NCBI GenBank assembly: GCA_029838195.1
Contig: JALGVJ010000017.1
Span: 32,001-96,000 of the forward strand
Length of the DNA stretch: 64,000 bases
Direction: 5' to 3'
DNA from: Promethearchaeota archaeon
Lineage (GTDB): Archaea; Asgardarchaeota; Lokiarchaeia; Sigyniarchaeales; SOKP01
Shown: in pieces, positions 29,834 through 39,814 of the stretch
How positions within the stretch are numbered: position 1 is the first letter of the stretch
Layout of the letters: each line of letters opens with the position of its first letter
Position numbers and translations under genes: made by a program
The notes under the pieces: generated by a model
Told to the model about the DNA's origin: nothing
What the model saw: only the letters and a program-made list of their open reading frames with translations
Database searches by the model: none

Positions 29834-30763
29834 TCAACAAGCTTTCCAAAAAGTTTTATCTTCATAATAATATTTTTTTATTTTTCCTTTAGATTCAAGA
29901 TCGGTTAAGATTTCTATAATTTTTTCTTTTTTCATTTGTTCTTTCATAAATGTTTCAATGATTTGTTCTTCCCGCATTGGATGTCTTGTTAAGATTGAAA
30001 CCAATTCTCCTTGTAAATCCTTAGAATGAAGGATAAAATCCCCCTCTTCAGGAAAATTTATATTATTATACTCTTTGAATACCTGATTTAAGCGCGGAAT
30101 TAAATCCTTACCAGGAATTTTGACATATTTTTCAGCAGGAGGGCGAATGGGCACGTTAATATCAATTCTGTCCGGTTTTATTTCATCCATTATTCTTTTA
30201 ATTTTTCTTAATTCCTCTACTGAATCATTAAGATTTTTCATCACCATTACTTCAATCCAAAATTTTCCCTTATAATTTTTGTTAAATTCTATTAATCCAT
30301 TTACCATTTCTGAAAATTTAATGCTTGGATGAGGCCTATTTATTCTAATAAAAGATTTTTCATCACCAGCATCTAAAGTTGGTAAAACTACATCAACTAA
30401 CATTAGGGCATCTTTCACTTCTTTATCAGACAATAAACTTCCATTAGTTATCACGCAAATGGGTTTTTCTGTTAACGTTTTAGCATGACGAATTAATAAT
30501 TCTAAATCTTTATATAATGTGGGTTCTCCACTTCCAATGAATGTGAGATAATCAAATTTAAGATTTTTTTGAGATAGTACTTCTTTCATTTCATTCTGAA
30601 TAACCTCCACGGGATAAAAATTTTCACGTGTATTCGTAAAATTTGTAGTTCTCCCTAATTGACAATAAATGCATTGATAATTGCATGTTTTCGACGGGAC
30701 GGGATCTACTCCCAAAGATTTTCCTAATCTTCTACTAGGAACTGGTCCAAATAAAAATGTCAT
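29834..30763 (-). CDS. Radical SAM Fe-S oxidoreductase (COG0731-like)
   Basis: FGPVPSRRLGKSLG, CNYQCIYC, GSGEPTL and ITNGSL motifs. Confidence 0.9.
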   Translation of the reverse strand: MTFLFGPVPSRRLGKSLGVDPVPSKTCNYQCIYCQLGRTTNFTNTRENFYPVEVIQNEMKEVLSQKNLKFDYLTFIGSGEPTLYKDLELLIRHAKTLTEKPICVITNGSLLSDKEVKDALMLVDVVLPTLDAGDEKSFIRINRPHPSIKFSEMVNGLIEFNKNYKGKFWIEVMVMKNLNDSVEELRKIKRIMDEIKPDRIDINVPIRPPAEKYVKIPGKDLIPRLNQVFKEYNNINFPEEGDFILHSKDLQGELVSILTRHPMREEQIIETFMKEQMKKEKIIEILTDLESKGKIKKYYYEDKTFWKAC

Positions 30764-30767
30764 TTTG

Positions 30768-30781
30768 TGAATAAATATTCA
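30768..30781. promoter_or_regulatory. Candidate operator, exact TGAATA-NN-TATTCA
   Basis: TGAATAAATATTCA 4 nt upstream of the radical SAM ATG, between it and a TTTTATAAAA box (~30795-30804). Confidence 0.65.
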
Positions 30782-30855
30782 TTTAATTAAAATGTTTTAT
30801 AAAATAACACCATCCGATAAAATTAAAAGAAGTAGAGGTAAAATTTTATAGAATT

Positions 30856-31677
30856 TTAATAGGTGTAAAAACCTTTTTTAGTTTTAAGTCCAAGCTCACC
30901 CCTTTCTACTTTCTCTTTTAAAATATCCGGAGGTTTATCCCGTGGATCTCCACTATTTTTATAATAGGATAATTCAATATCATATACAACATCCAAACCG
31001 ACCGCATCCATGAGTTGGAAAGGGCCAAGTCCCATGCCTGTAAAAATTTTCCAAGCCTTATCAACCTCTTCAATATCTGCATGACCTCCCGCCCAAATTT
31101 CGAGGCATTCTTTTTTAACAGCCCTCCAAATTCGATTAAAAACAAAGCCATAACATTCCTTTTTCACGATAATGGGTGTAATTCCCATGCTTTCCACCCA
31201 TTTCTTACTTATTTCGAAGGTCTCATCACTTGTTTGCGTACCACGCATTATATCTGCCATGGGAATTGTCGTGAGATTATAAAAATGAACATTAATGACC
31301 TTATCTTTTCGCTGAACCGCATCCTCAATTTTTGATACGGGAATGGAGGAACTGTTAGTAGCAATAATCGTATGAGAAGGTGCCGCTTTATCTATTTCCG
31401 TAAAAATCTTTTTTTTTAATTCCAACTGTTCAGGAATGGCTTCTATGATGAAATCGGCATCTGCCACTGCTTCCTCTAGGGTTTCATGGAAAGTAACTCC
31501 TCCCGGGATTTTCTTTCTTTTCTTTTTCCGTGCTTGCGAATTCACGTATTTTCTCGCTTCTTCTTGATCCTTATCAAATGCACGAACTGTATATTCTAAT
31601 AAAGCATTTTTTGCTAAAATCTGCCTTCCCATAAAGCCAACGCCAATAATAGCAATGGTTTTTAGTTGTCCGCTCAT
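30856..31677 (-). CDS. 3-hydroxyacyl-CoA dehydrogenase family
   Basis: IIGVGFMG, IEAIPE, ATNSSS, GFVFNR, GPFQLMD and KGFY motifs. Confidence 0.92.
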   Translation of the reverse strand: MSGQLKTIAIIGVGFMGRQILAKNALLEYTVRAFDKDQEEARKYVNSQARKKKRKKIPGGVTFHETLEEAVADADFIIEAIPEQLELKKKIFTEIDKAAPSHTIIATNSSSIPVSKIEDAVQRKDKVINVHFYNLTTIPMADIMRGTQTSDETFEISKKWVESMGITPIIVKKECYGFVFNRIWRAVKKECLEIWAGGHADIEEVDKAWKIFTGMGLGPFQLMDAVGLDVVYDIELSYYKNSGDPRDKPPDILKEKVERGELGLKTKKGFYTY

Positions 31678-32032
31678 TTTTTTCCCTTTTTTATTTTTTC
31701 CTCTCTTTTTTTTTTATTTATTTTTCGTTTATTTATTAATGTAACTTATTTTTAATATTTAATTTTATTTTAGAACACTTCAAATAATAATCTTCTTAAA
31801 CGCCCTCATTTTCCGTCTAATTATCCTTCTCTCAATTGATATAAAAAATCCATGGAAATAAATACATGAAATGATTTAATTTGATATATTTTACTTCAAG
31901 ATAAGCAATTTTTCTCAAGGTTTTTTTAAGAGAGGCCGTCATATGCGTCACCTAGTTGAATTTTTTGCCGATTTTCCTTATATTCCGAAGCATTAATAAA
32001 AAAGATCTATCATTAAATTATTAACCGATTTT

Positions 32033-32947
32033 TTATTTCTTCAAGCCTAGCATTTCCCGTGCCTCATCAGGTGTAGCAGGCTCTCGCCCTAACTCCTTGG
32101 CTAAGCGTACCATGCGCTTCACTAATTGAGCATTACTTTCCACGGGTTGGCCTTTCGCATAATGTAATGTATCCTCTAAGCCTGTCCGGATATTTCCTCC
32201 CATGCACATCGCAATAGTCGTTAATCGCAAGTTATATTTCCCAATCGTGACCACTTGCCATGTAGAACCCTCTGGAATCTGTTCTAACAAGTGCATCAAG
32301 TTCGCAACGGTCGCAGGAGCACCTCCTTTAATCCCTAATACTATAGAAAAGTGGAGGGGAGGGTCTAAAGCTCGCATTTCGACCAAATCCATGACATTTT
32401 CAATGTGTCCCGTATCATAAACTTCAATTTCTATTCCGCATCCTTTTGCCTTACATTTTTTCACGAATTTCTTGTTAAAATCAATGGGATTTTCAAAAGT
32501 ATGATTACCATATCTTGTTCGGAATTCAAAAGTTCCTGCATTTATCGTATACATGTCAGGAACAGGTTCAATGTTCAAAAGATTTAAACGTTCCTTGAGG
32601 GTGGGCATGACAACTGCTTGACCATATTTTTTTCCCTTACTACTTGTTTTTACTCCATAGGCAATCCGCGCTCCGATACCATTCCCAATCTGGGTAATAA
32701 TGGGACACTTTTCTTGAATTAATCTGACAGCCTTATTATAAACGTTTAGATCTGCGGTATTTTGTCCATCCTCTCCCCTTACGTGGATGTGACAAATTGC
32801 AGCTCCCGCATTATAACAAGCTAAAGCATCTTCCGCTTGCTCTTCTGGCGTTATAGGAATATTTGGATTTGCCCATTTTCCTTGAATTCCTCCCGTAATT
32901 GCCGCCGTAATAATTACTTTTTCATCCGTCAATAAATTTGGTTTCAT
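32033..32947 (-). CDS. Beta-keto acid cleavage enzyme (3-keto-5-aminohexanoate cleavage/DUF849 family)
   Basis: IITAAITG, PITPEE, HIHVR, RTGLED and ATPDEAR motifs. Confidence 0.9.
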   Translation of the reverse strand: MKPNLLTDEKVIITAAITGGIQGKWANPNIPITPEEQAEDALACYNAGAAICHIHVRGEDGQNTADLNVYNKAVRLIQEKCPIITQIGNGIGARIAYGVKTSSKGKKYGQAVVMPTLKERLNLLNIEPVPDMYTINAGTFEFRTRYGNHTFENPIDFNKKFVKKCKAKGCGIEIEVYDTGHIENVMDLVEMRALDPPLHFSIVLGIKGGAPATVANLMHLLEQIPEGSTWQVVTIGKYNLRLTTIAMCMGGNIRTGLEDTLHYAKGQPVESNAQLVKRMVRLAKELGREPATPDEAREMLGLKK

Positions 32948-33201
32948 TCCTTTTCACCTCATGGCTATAAAATTAAATTACTGGCGTTGATCATACTTAG
33001 ATTTTATTTTAAACTTCATTTATAGTTTTTGAATTTTTTTTTATCTACAAATAATTATTCTGCTTTTTGGTGTTTTTATCTCGTATTATAAACATAAGTC
33101 GAATATCTTAAATGGTGGATTAAAATCGAAAGAGATAAATTATTTTTTTAATTTACTTCAGTATTAAAACAGTATTTGAATAGATAGGAAACATTTTTCC
33201 C

Positions 33202-34137
33202 ATGGCAGATGTGAATTATATTTTTCTTCTTTCATTATTCATCATTGCCTTGGGATATTTTCTCAAAAGGATTAACGTTATTCCCGAAGAAAACGGAAAA
33301 GCTATTGCTAAGGTCATATTTAACGTCACGCTCCCCGCCGTGATCTTAAAAGTTACGAGAACCATTGTATTTAGTGCGTCCTTAATCCTTTTACCCTTGA
33401 TAAACATCTTATATGGTATAGCAATGGCTTTAATAGGTCTTTTAGTATTTAAAAACTATCCTAAAAAATTGAAAGGGCTTTTAGTGATGACGATGGTTGG
33501 ATTTAACGTGGCTCATTTTTCTTTTCCCTTGATCGATGGAATTTATGGCCAAGAAGGCATGCAATATATCGCTCTCATTGACGCCGGAAATGCATTCACG
33601 ATTTTTGTGGTTTGTTATATTTTTGGTTCTCTTTTTTCTCATGATTCGGACTCGAATGAGGCTAAAATTGATGTAAAAAAGCTTCTTTTACAATTAGGAA
33701 AATCAGCGCCCTTAATGACTTATATTATTGCGCTTATTTTAAATTTTTCAAACGCACAATTGCCCATATTCATTCTGGACTTAATAGATATTTTATATCG
33801 GGCAAATACGCCTTTATCATTATTGTTGTTAGGAATTTACTTGAATTTTAAATTTAAAAAATCGGAATGGTATAATATTCTTAAAATCCTTTTTCTTAGA
33901 TACATGTTTGGGCTTCTGTTAGGCTTATTTTTATTTTTTACTATACCTTCTACACAATTCCTTCATTTAACGCGCTTAATCCTTACCATCTCTCTCATCC
34001 TTCCCGTAGGGCTGGCGGTCATTCCCTTTTCCGTAGAGTTTGAGTATGATCAGGAATTAACCACGATGATTACGAATTTAACCATAATCATTAGTTATGC
34101 ACTCATTTGGGTTTTAATTCTTCTTTTAGATGGATGA
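33202..34137 (+). CDS. AEC (auxin efflux carrier) family transporter
   Basis: About 10 TM helices; NVTLPA and ANTPLSLLLLG motifs. Confidence 0.85.
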   Translation: MADVNYIFLLSLFIIALGYFLKRINVIPEENGKAIAKVIFNVTLPAVILKVTRTIVFSASLILLPLINILYGIAMALIGLLVFKNYPKKLKGLLVMTMVGFNVAHFSFPLIDGIYGQEGMQYIALIDAGNAFTIFVVCYIFGSLFSHDSDSNEAKIDVKKLLLQLGKSAPLMTYIIALILNFSNAQLPIFILDLIDILYRANTPLSLLLLGIYLNFKFKKSEWYNILKILFLRYMFGLLLGLFLFFTIPSTQFLHLTRLILTISLILPVGLAVIPFSVEFEYDQELTTMITNLTIIISYALIWVLILLLDG

Positions 34138-34359
34138 GTTAGAAAAAGGGTTTTTCAAGATTTTCTTTTGGCGTTCACTTTTTTAGAAAAATAGTAAATA
34201 ATTATTATTATTATTTTAAAAATCACGCAGTTCTCTCAATGGGACATCTCCTCATCAAAAATAGATTTAAATATTCATTAATTAACTGAAATTTGTTAAA
34301 AAAAATGCAGAGAAAAAAAAAAAGAAGTTTAAATTTATTGCGAGTAATTTTTTTAGTTT

Positions 34360-35091
34360 TTATAATTCAGAACCACATGTACTGCAAAATTTTTGACTTG
34401 CTGTAATGGGACTGCCACAATGGGGGCAAAATTTAGCTGTTGGTTCTGGTGCTGGTGGTTGTGGGGTTGTAGGGGCTGTTGGAGCAACAGTGGGTTGGGG
34501 TGCTGATATATATTGCTGCGTTCCCATTTGCTGTAGATTTTTTAATGAGGATAATTTAAAATAGCCTACTAGTTCCAAAATAGCTCCGATGAAACTTAAA
34601 ATTACTGTTAAATAGAGAATGGCTGCATATTTCATATATTTCGAGCCATCAATGGCATCTTTTCCTATATTTGGGGGAAACATGGAAGTATTTTGAAGGA
34701 AAAAATCATTGCATCGCGACCATGCTTGAATTCGGAAGATAGCAGCTATGATTTGTATGATAATTCCTAAAATAATTAACACGATTAGACTGATGTTAAA
34801 AAGAATCACGCCAATGATATTTAATAAAAACGCATAAAGGATTTTGGAACGAAATTCAAGAAGGAGTCTATTATTCAATGCATATCCTATTTCTTTAATG
34901 TCTCCGAGAGCTAATAAGAAAATGATGAGGATGAGAATTTGAAGGACCAAGTTGATAATACTCATCGCAAAAATGAAAATCGCTAGTAATCCAAATATGA
35001 ACGATAAAATGGAGAGAACAGCTAAATACAACATTTTAGTTCCGAATAACGAAAAGCGGAGTGAAACATTCGTTTGAGCCAATCTGATCAC
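34360..35091 (-). CDS. Membrane protein with Pro-rich linker and C-terminal zinc ribbon
   Basis: 5-6 TM helices, PT/PQ-rich linker, FCPHCG...FCSTCG. Confidence 0.8.
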   Translation of the reverse strand: MIRLAQTNVSLRFSLFGTKMLYLAVLSILSFIFGLLAIFIFAMSIINLVLQILILIIFLLALGDIKEIGYALNNRLLLEFRSKILYAFLLNIIGVILFNISLIVLIILGIIIQIIAAIFRIQAWSRCNDFFLQNTSMFPPNIGKDAIDGSKYMKYAAILYLTVILSFIGAILELVGYFKLSSLKNLQQMGTQQYISAPQPTVAPTAPTTPQPPAPEPTAKFCPHCGSPITASQKFCSTCGSEL

Positions 35092-35312
35092 TTATTTAAT
35101 AGAATTAATTAATACTATAATGCCAAATTTATTTTAAATATTTTTGTAAATTTTAGATTTAAATAAAAAAAATGTAAATAATTTCTAATGGATTGAATTC
35201 TTAAAAGGAGATTATAGTATTGGTAAACAAAAGAGAAAAATAATTATCGTGAACAATTAAGGATGAAATTTGGTTAAAAAATGGGGTGATAATTTATTTT
35301 AGGGAACTTAAT

Positions 35313-36272
35313 TTAAGCGATTTCTTCAAAATCTTGGGATTGTTCCCTCATAATCAAGATTATTGAAAAAATAACGATTAGAGTTCCTATTAACGTAAAG
35401 ATGGTTAGCTCTTCTCCCAGGTAAAAGAAGGCTAAAAATGCAGAAATAATAGGAGTAGGAGAAAATAACATGGTTGCTCGAGAAAAACGCATGTAAGATA
35501 AGGTTTTATACCAACAATAAAGCCCGCACCCATGAACCACTCCAATAGAAATAAAGAAAAATAGATTGTACAATTCGAATAATAAGAAGATATTCTGAGC
35601 GGGAAAAAATAAAAAATAGGTGGGAAAAAGCACGAAAAATGCCAGTAAACTTCTAATAAATACAATATAAAGAGGTGAAACTTCTTGATTTTCTATTATT
35701 GGTTTGGTTTGAACATGCGCTAATGTCCATAAAGCACTAATTCCTAGAAGAATTAAAATACCCATGTTCAGCTCAAAATTTTCAACATTTCCTCCAGTTA
35801 TTACGATGATCAACCCAAGTAAGAGAAGTAGAGAAAAAATTACTTGATTACGGTTAATTTTTTCTTTTAAAATAATAAATCCAAAAAAAAGGGCTATTAA
35901 AATTCGAGCTTTAGAGACAACGGCTCCAATAGTGGCACCTACCAAATCAAATCCAAAATAAAAAAAAATGCGGCCAAAACCAAACACCGCTCCCAAATAC
36001 AGAAAAAATATAAAATTCTTTCTTATGAGACCTTGATTAAATTTTTTTTCTTTAATCTTATTTGATTTAATAAGATTATTTTTCTTGGTTCTATTTTTTT
36101 CCATGAGAATGAAAGGTAAAAAAAATAACGTGGAAAAAAGGGTTGCCATAGTCGCAAAAATGTAGGAATCGAGAATGGTAGGTCGGGCTAAGAGTATTAT
36201 CGGTTGTAGGCCTACTAAAAATAAACCTAGCATTCCATATAAAAAACCACGCTTTAAGTTTTCTTCTAACAA
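35313..36272 (-). CDS. DMT/EamA-family transporter
   Basis: Ten TM helices, two EamA repeats (ILKEKI, YLGEEL). Confidence 0.85.
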   Translation of the reverse strand: MLEENLKRGFLYGMLGLFLVGLQPIILLARPTILDSYIFATMATLFSTLFFLPFILMEKNRTKKNNLIKSNKIKEKKFNQGLIRKNFIFFLYLGAVFGFGRIFFYFGFDLVGATIGAVVSKARILIALFFGFIILKEKINRNQVIFSLLLLLGLIIVITGGNVENFELNMGILILLGISALWTLAHVQTKPIIENQEVSPLYIVFIRSLLAFFVLFPTYFLFFPAQNIFLLFELYNLFFFISIGVVHGCGLYCWYKTLSYMRFSRATMLFSPTPIISAFLAFFYLGEELTIFTLIGTLIVIFSIILIMREQSQDFEEIA

Positions 36273-36321
36273 TTTTATTATATTATTAATTTAATGGAAG
36301 AATTGTTTTAAATGAATGATT

Positions 36322-36681
36322 TTACTCTTTCTTAATTATCTTTTCCCATAAACCGGGTAAGAGTTTCATGAACTGGTAATCTTTAGCGTTTTTAATTATT
36401 ATTTGAGAAACTTTTTCTAAAATTTCCACATAATCATCAGGATCTTCCAAAATAGTTAGAACAAGAATTATATATAGTTTCTCTTTAGGTCCAGAATAAT
36501 ATGAGATGATATTTACATTATCGTCCGTGAAAGCCGTTATGCCCTCTTTGGAGGCATATTCATGGATATCGTAAATGCGCAACATGACTCTCTGATCAAG
36601 GAGAACTTTCTCAGGATATTTTATTACTAATTCCGCTCCTGATCTAACATTCCACTCCATGATTACTAATCCATGAGGCAT
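36322..36681 (-). CDS. Stand-alone longin/uDENN-like domain protein (Asgard type)
   Basis: GLVIMEWNVRSGAELVIKYP beta-hairpin, helix, three strands, C-terminal helices. Confidence 0.5.
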   Translation of the reverse strand: MPHGLVIMEWNVRSGAELVIKYPEKVLLDQRVMLRIYDIHEYASKEGITAFTDDNVNIISYYSGPKEKLYIILVLTILEDPDDYVEILEKVSQIIIKNAKDYQFMKLLPGLWEKIIKKE

Positions 36682-36784
36682 GATATCTTAATAAAATGTT
36701 TTTATCTTATTGTTATTCGAATGAAATTTAAGGAATAAAAATTCATTTGATTAAATTAATTTACTAAATGTAAATCATCAGAAA

Positions 36785-37627
36785 TCATTTGAAATTTTTA
36801 TTTAACCAGTTAATTAATTGATTCCAACTATTTTCTGGAAATTCAGCGTGTTTCGCACCTTTAATTATCATGAATTCTTTATTTTTAACGGGTATCTCTT
36901 CATAAAATTCCCTTGCCGCGTCAATTTCAAAAATCTCATCTTGATCCCCTAATCCCACTAATACTGGGATATCCACATTCTCCGGAAATGTTACTTCTTT
37001 TGCATTAAGAATGCGCATGAAACGCAAGGTATAGTTAAAATTTCTTAATGGATCGTCTAAACCGGTGATTCCATCACGATAATACGTGATTACAGGTTTG
37101 CTTGGAAAAATCAAGGAACTAAAAAGAATTTTCAATGTTTTTAAAAGACCGGGTTTTTTATAGACCCCTTCCCTTACTTTCCTTGCCCCACTTAGCAAGA
37201 TTAATCCATCAATTTTTTCCATGCAATTATTTAATGCGATAGCCGCTGAAATTACACCCAGACTATGGCCTAAAATTGTTAATTTTTCTTTTTGTTCTTT
37301 TATAAAGGAGATGACTTCGCATAAATCTTTTATTAATCGCTCTTTACTCGGATAATCTCCCCGAATGCCATCTGATAGCCCATGGCCCCTTAAATCCAAA
37401 CCAAAAACAGAATATCCCGCTTTAGTTAAGGGCTTTGAGAGTACCTCTCCATATAACTCGCTATATGCGGTTATTCCATGAAAGATGAGAATTCCGATTT
37501 TTGACTCACTTGTGGGCTTCCATTCTCTAATGAATAAAGTAATTTCGTCCGAAGTCGTAAAAAGATGATGAGGTTCTTTAAATTTTTCTCTTAATTCTTG
37601 AATGTTCATTTTTACAATTGGATACAT
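36785..37627 (-). CDS. Alpha/beta hydrolase (lysophospholipase-like)
   Basis: HG, DLRGHGLS, GHSLG nucleophile elbow, and Asp and His near the C-terminus. Confidence 0.9.
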   Translation of the reverse strand: MYPIVKMNIQELREKFKEPHHLFTTSDEITLFIREWKPTSESKIGILIFHGITAYSELYGEVLSKPLTKAGYSVFGLDLRGHGLSDGIRGDYPSKERLIKDLCEVISFIKEQKEKLTILGHSLGVISAAIALNNCMEKIDGLILLSGARKVREGVYKKPGLLKTLKILFSSLIFPSKPVITYYRDGITGLDDPLRNFNYTLRFMRILNAKEVTFPENVDIPVLVGLGDQDEIFEIDAAREFYEEIPVKNKEFMIIKGAKHAEFPENSWNQLINWLNKNFK

Positions 37628-37791
37628 GGTTTTTCTTTCTATTAATAATTAACTTAAGCATCAAAATTTTTAAAATCTTTCTTTCTGGGAAATAGGTGAG
37701 TGTTTTTTTAACGTGTTTAACAACTAAAAATAATACACATGAGAATTTTATAGTATTAAATTAAGGAGAGATGTAAAAAAATAAAAAATTT

Positions 37792-39528
37792 TCAAGAAAA
37801 GATATCTTCGCCCTTCCAAATTTTTCTTAAAAAATGGGCGGCTAATTTAGGCTGCCGTTCTCTCGTGAAGACCCCTTTATAATTGAAACCTCCAACCCTT
37901 ATAATTCCTTGCGGTGTTTTAAAATCTGTTAAGTTCCATACGTGTTCTCCTTGAATATAGGGCTTTTCTCTTATCAATTTGATATATTTTTTAAGAAATT
38001 CTACCTGATATTCTTCAGTAAACATTTCAGGAGGCTGGGAATGATACCCGGGAATGGTATCTGCACCAAATTCAGATAAAATTATAGGTTTTTTATATTT
38101 TTCGTAAATTTCATCCAACTCAGAAGAGAGATACTTTATTCCCTCATCAATCTGACCTGGTTGCGTGTACCATCCATTGTATCGATTCACGCACGCAACT
38201 TCACAGAATTCAAATGTTTGCTCCCCTTTTCCGATCATGCTCACTAGCGTAACGGGACGAGTAGGATCTAATTGTTTTACTTTATCATGAAGTGTCTTAA
38301 AAAATTCTTTAGCTTTCGTGCTCCTATTTGGCTCATTTGCCAAGCTCCACATTATTACACTGGGATGATTCCTGTCTCTTTTAACTAATTCTTCCACGTA
38401 TTGTAAACATATAGAGAGGTGCTTGTCAATTACATTTTTTTCAAATGTCAATCCCACGGCGGGGGTTTCATCGATCACCAAAAACCCCAATTTGTCTGCT
38501 AAATCCATCATTTGTTCTGAATAGGGATAATGAGATGTTCTAAATGAATTGGCACCGATCCATTTCATTAAAGAATAATCTTTGATGATTAAAGGAGCAA
38601 GAAAGCTACGTCCCACCACGGGAAAATCTTCGTGCCTTCCAAAGCCTTTCAAGTAAATTGGCTTCCCATTCAGCAATAAATTATCTCCTTTAACCTCAAA
38701 CGTTCTAATTCCCACGTTTAATGAGTACGAATCCCATATTTTTTCTTGTTTCAGTAGCTCAACACGTAAAAAATAAAGATGGGGTGTTTCGGGAGACCAA
38801 AATTTAGCATTAGGAATTTTCAGAATAGCTTTAGTTTGAGTTCCTTCCATGGAGACTTTTTCCGTGATTTCCTTTCCAAAACCGGTTATTATAAACCGAG
38901 CTTCATTGAATCCTTCTTCAAGAGTTTCCATCGAAACCGTTGCGACACCCGTGCCATTTTCAATTGAGGGAATGACAAAAATATCTTTAATTCCTCCTTC
39001 GGGCATACAATATAATAAAACGGGTCTTTGAATGCCACAGAAGGGAAAAAAATCGTAATTTGTTCCGGGATAGTTTTGCCTCACCCCTCCGGGAGGAACT
39101 TGAGTTCGAGAAAGAGTGTTATCTACCCTCAAGACCAGGAGATTTTCTGCTTTCTTTATCTTTGCCGTTATCTCGAATTCAAAGGGTAAATGCCCACCTT
39201 CATGTGCCCCTATTTTTTCACCATTCAGCCAAACATCCGCTAGATAATTAACGGATCCAAAACGTAAGAACACGTGATTTCCATTCAACCAGCCCCTTGG
39301 CATGTCAAATTTGGTTTGATACCATGCGGGTCCCATGAAGTCTCGGTAATTCGAAAATTGATCATTCCAGCTTCCGGGCACGGCTATGGGTTCAGTATTT
39401 TCTATTCCTTTGTTCCAATTCTCATTTAATCCTATATTATTAGGATCTGGTTTAAAATCCCAAAAGCCAGATAAATCTATAAATTGACGATATTGATTTC
39501 TTTGCGGATATAACATGGCTTTTTCCAT
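37792..39528 (-). CDS. uidA: Beta-glucuronidase (GH2)
   Basis: GFGRHED, NSFRTSHYPY, WSLANEP (acid/base), SEFGA (nucleophile) and NYKG (NxKG) motifs. Confidence 0.9.
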   Translation of the reverse strand: MEKAMLYPQRNQYRQFIDLSGFWDFKPDPNNIGLNENWNKGIENTEPIAVPGSWNDQFSNYRDFMGPAWYQTKFDMPRGWLNGNHVFLRFGSVNYLADVWLNGEKIGAHEGGHLPFEFEITAKIKKAENLLVLRVDNTLSRTQVPPGGVRQNYPGTNYDFFPFCGIQRPVLLYCMPEGGIKDIFVIPSIENGTGVATVSMETLEEGFNEARFIITGFGKEITEKVSMEGTQTKAILKIPNAKFWSPETPHLYFLRVELLKQEKIWDSYSLNVGIRTFEVKGDNLLLNGKPIYLKGFGRHEDFPVVGRSFLAPLIIKDYSLMKWIGANSFRTSHYPYSEQMMDLADKLGFLVIDETPAVGLTFEKNVIDKHLSICLQYVEELVKRDRNHPSVIMWSLANEPNRSTKAKEFFKTLHDKVKQLDPTRPVTLVSMIGKGEQTFEFCEVACVNRYNGWYTQPGQIDEGIKYLSSELDEIYEKYKKPIILSEFGADTIPGYHSQPPEMFTEEYQVEFLKKYIKLIREKPYIQGEHVWNLTDFKTPQGIIRVGGFNYKGVFTRERQPKLAAHFLRKIWKGEDIFS

Positions 39529-39814
39529 CTTATTGTTTATTCAATAGAGTCAATAATATATTTTTTGAACTAAATTAATTTTTTATTGCTTGAATTGAAT
39601 AATAACGCTAATTATTAAAAATTTAATTTTTGTAAACCCTTAATCGTAAACTTTAGAAATTGGCATTACGAGAAAATTTCACTCTTGGTTCTTAGACCCT
39701 AAAAAGGATGAAAAATTTTCTTTTTGAATTTTATTCCTTCCTTAAAGTACTTATTTTTTAATAACTTGAACAATTATAATTCTAAAGATTAATAGATTAA
39801 AATGGAAAAATTCA

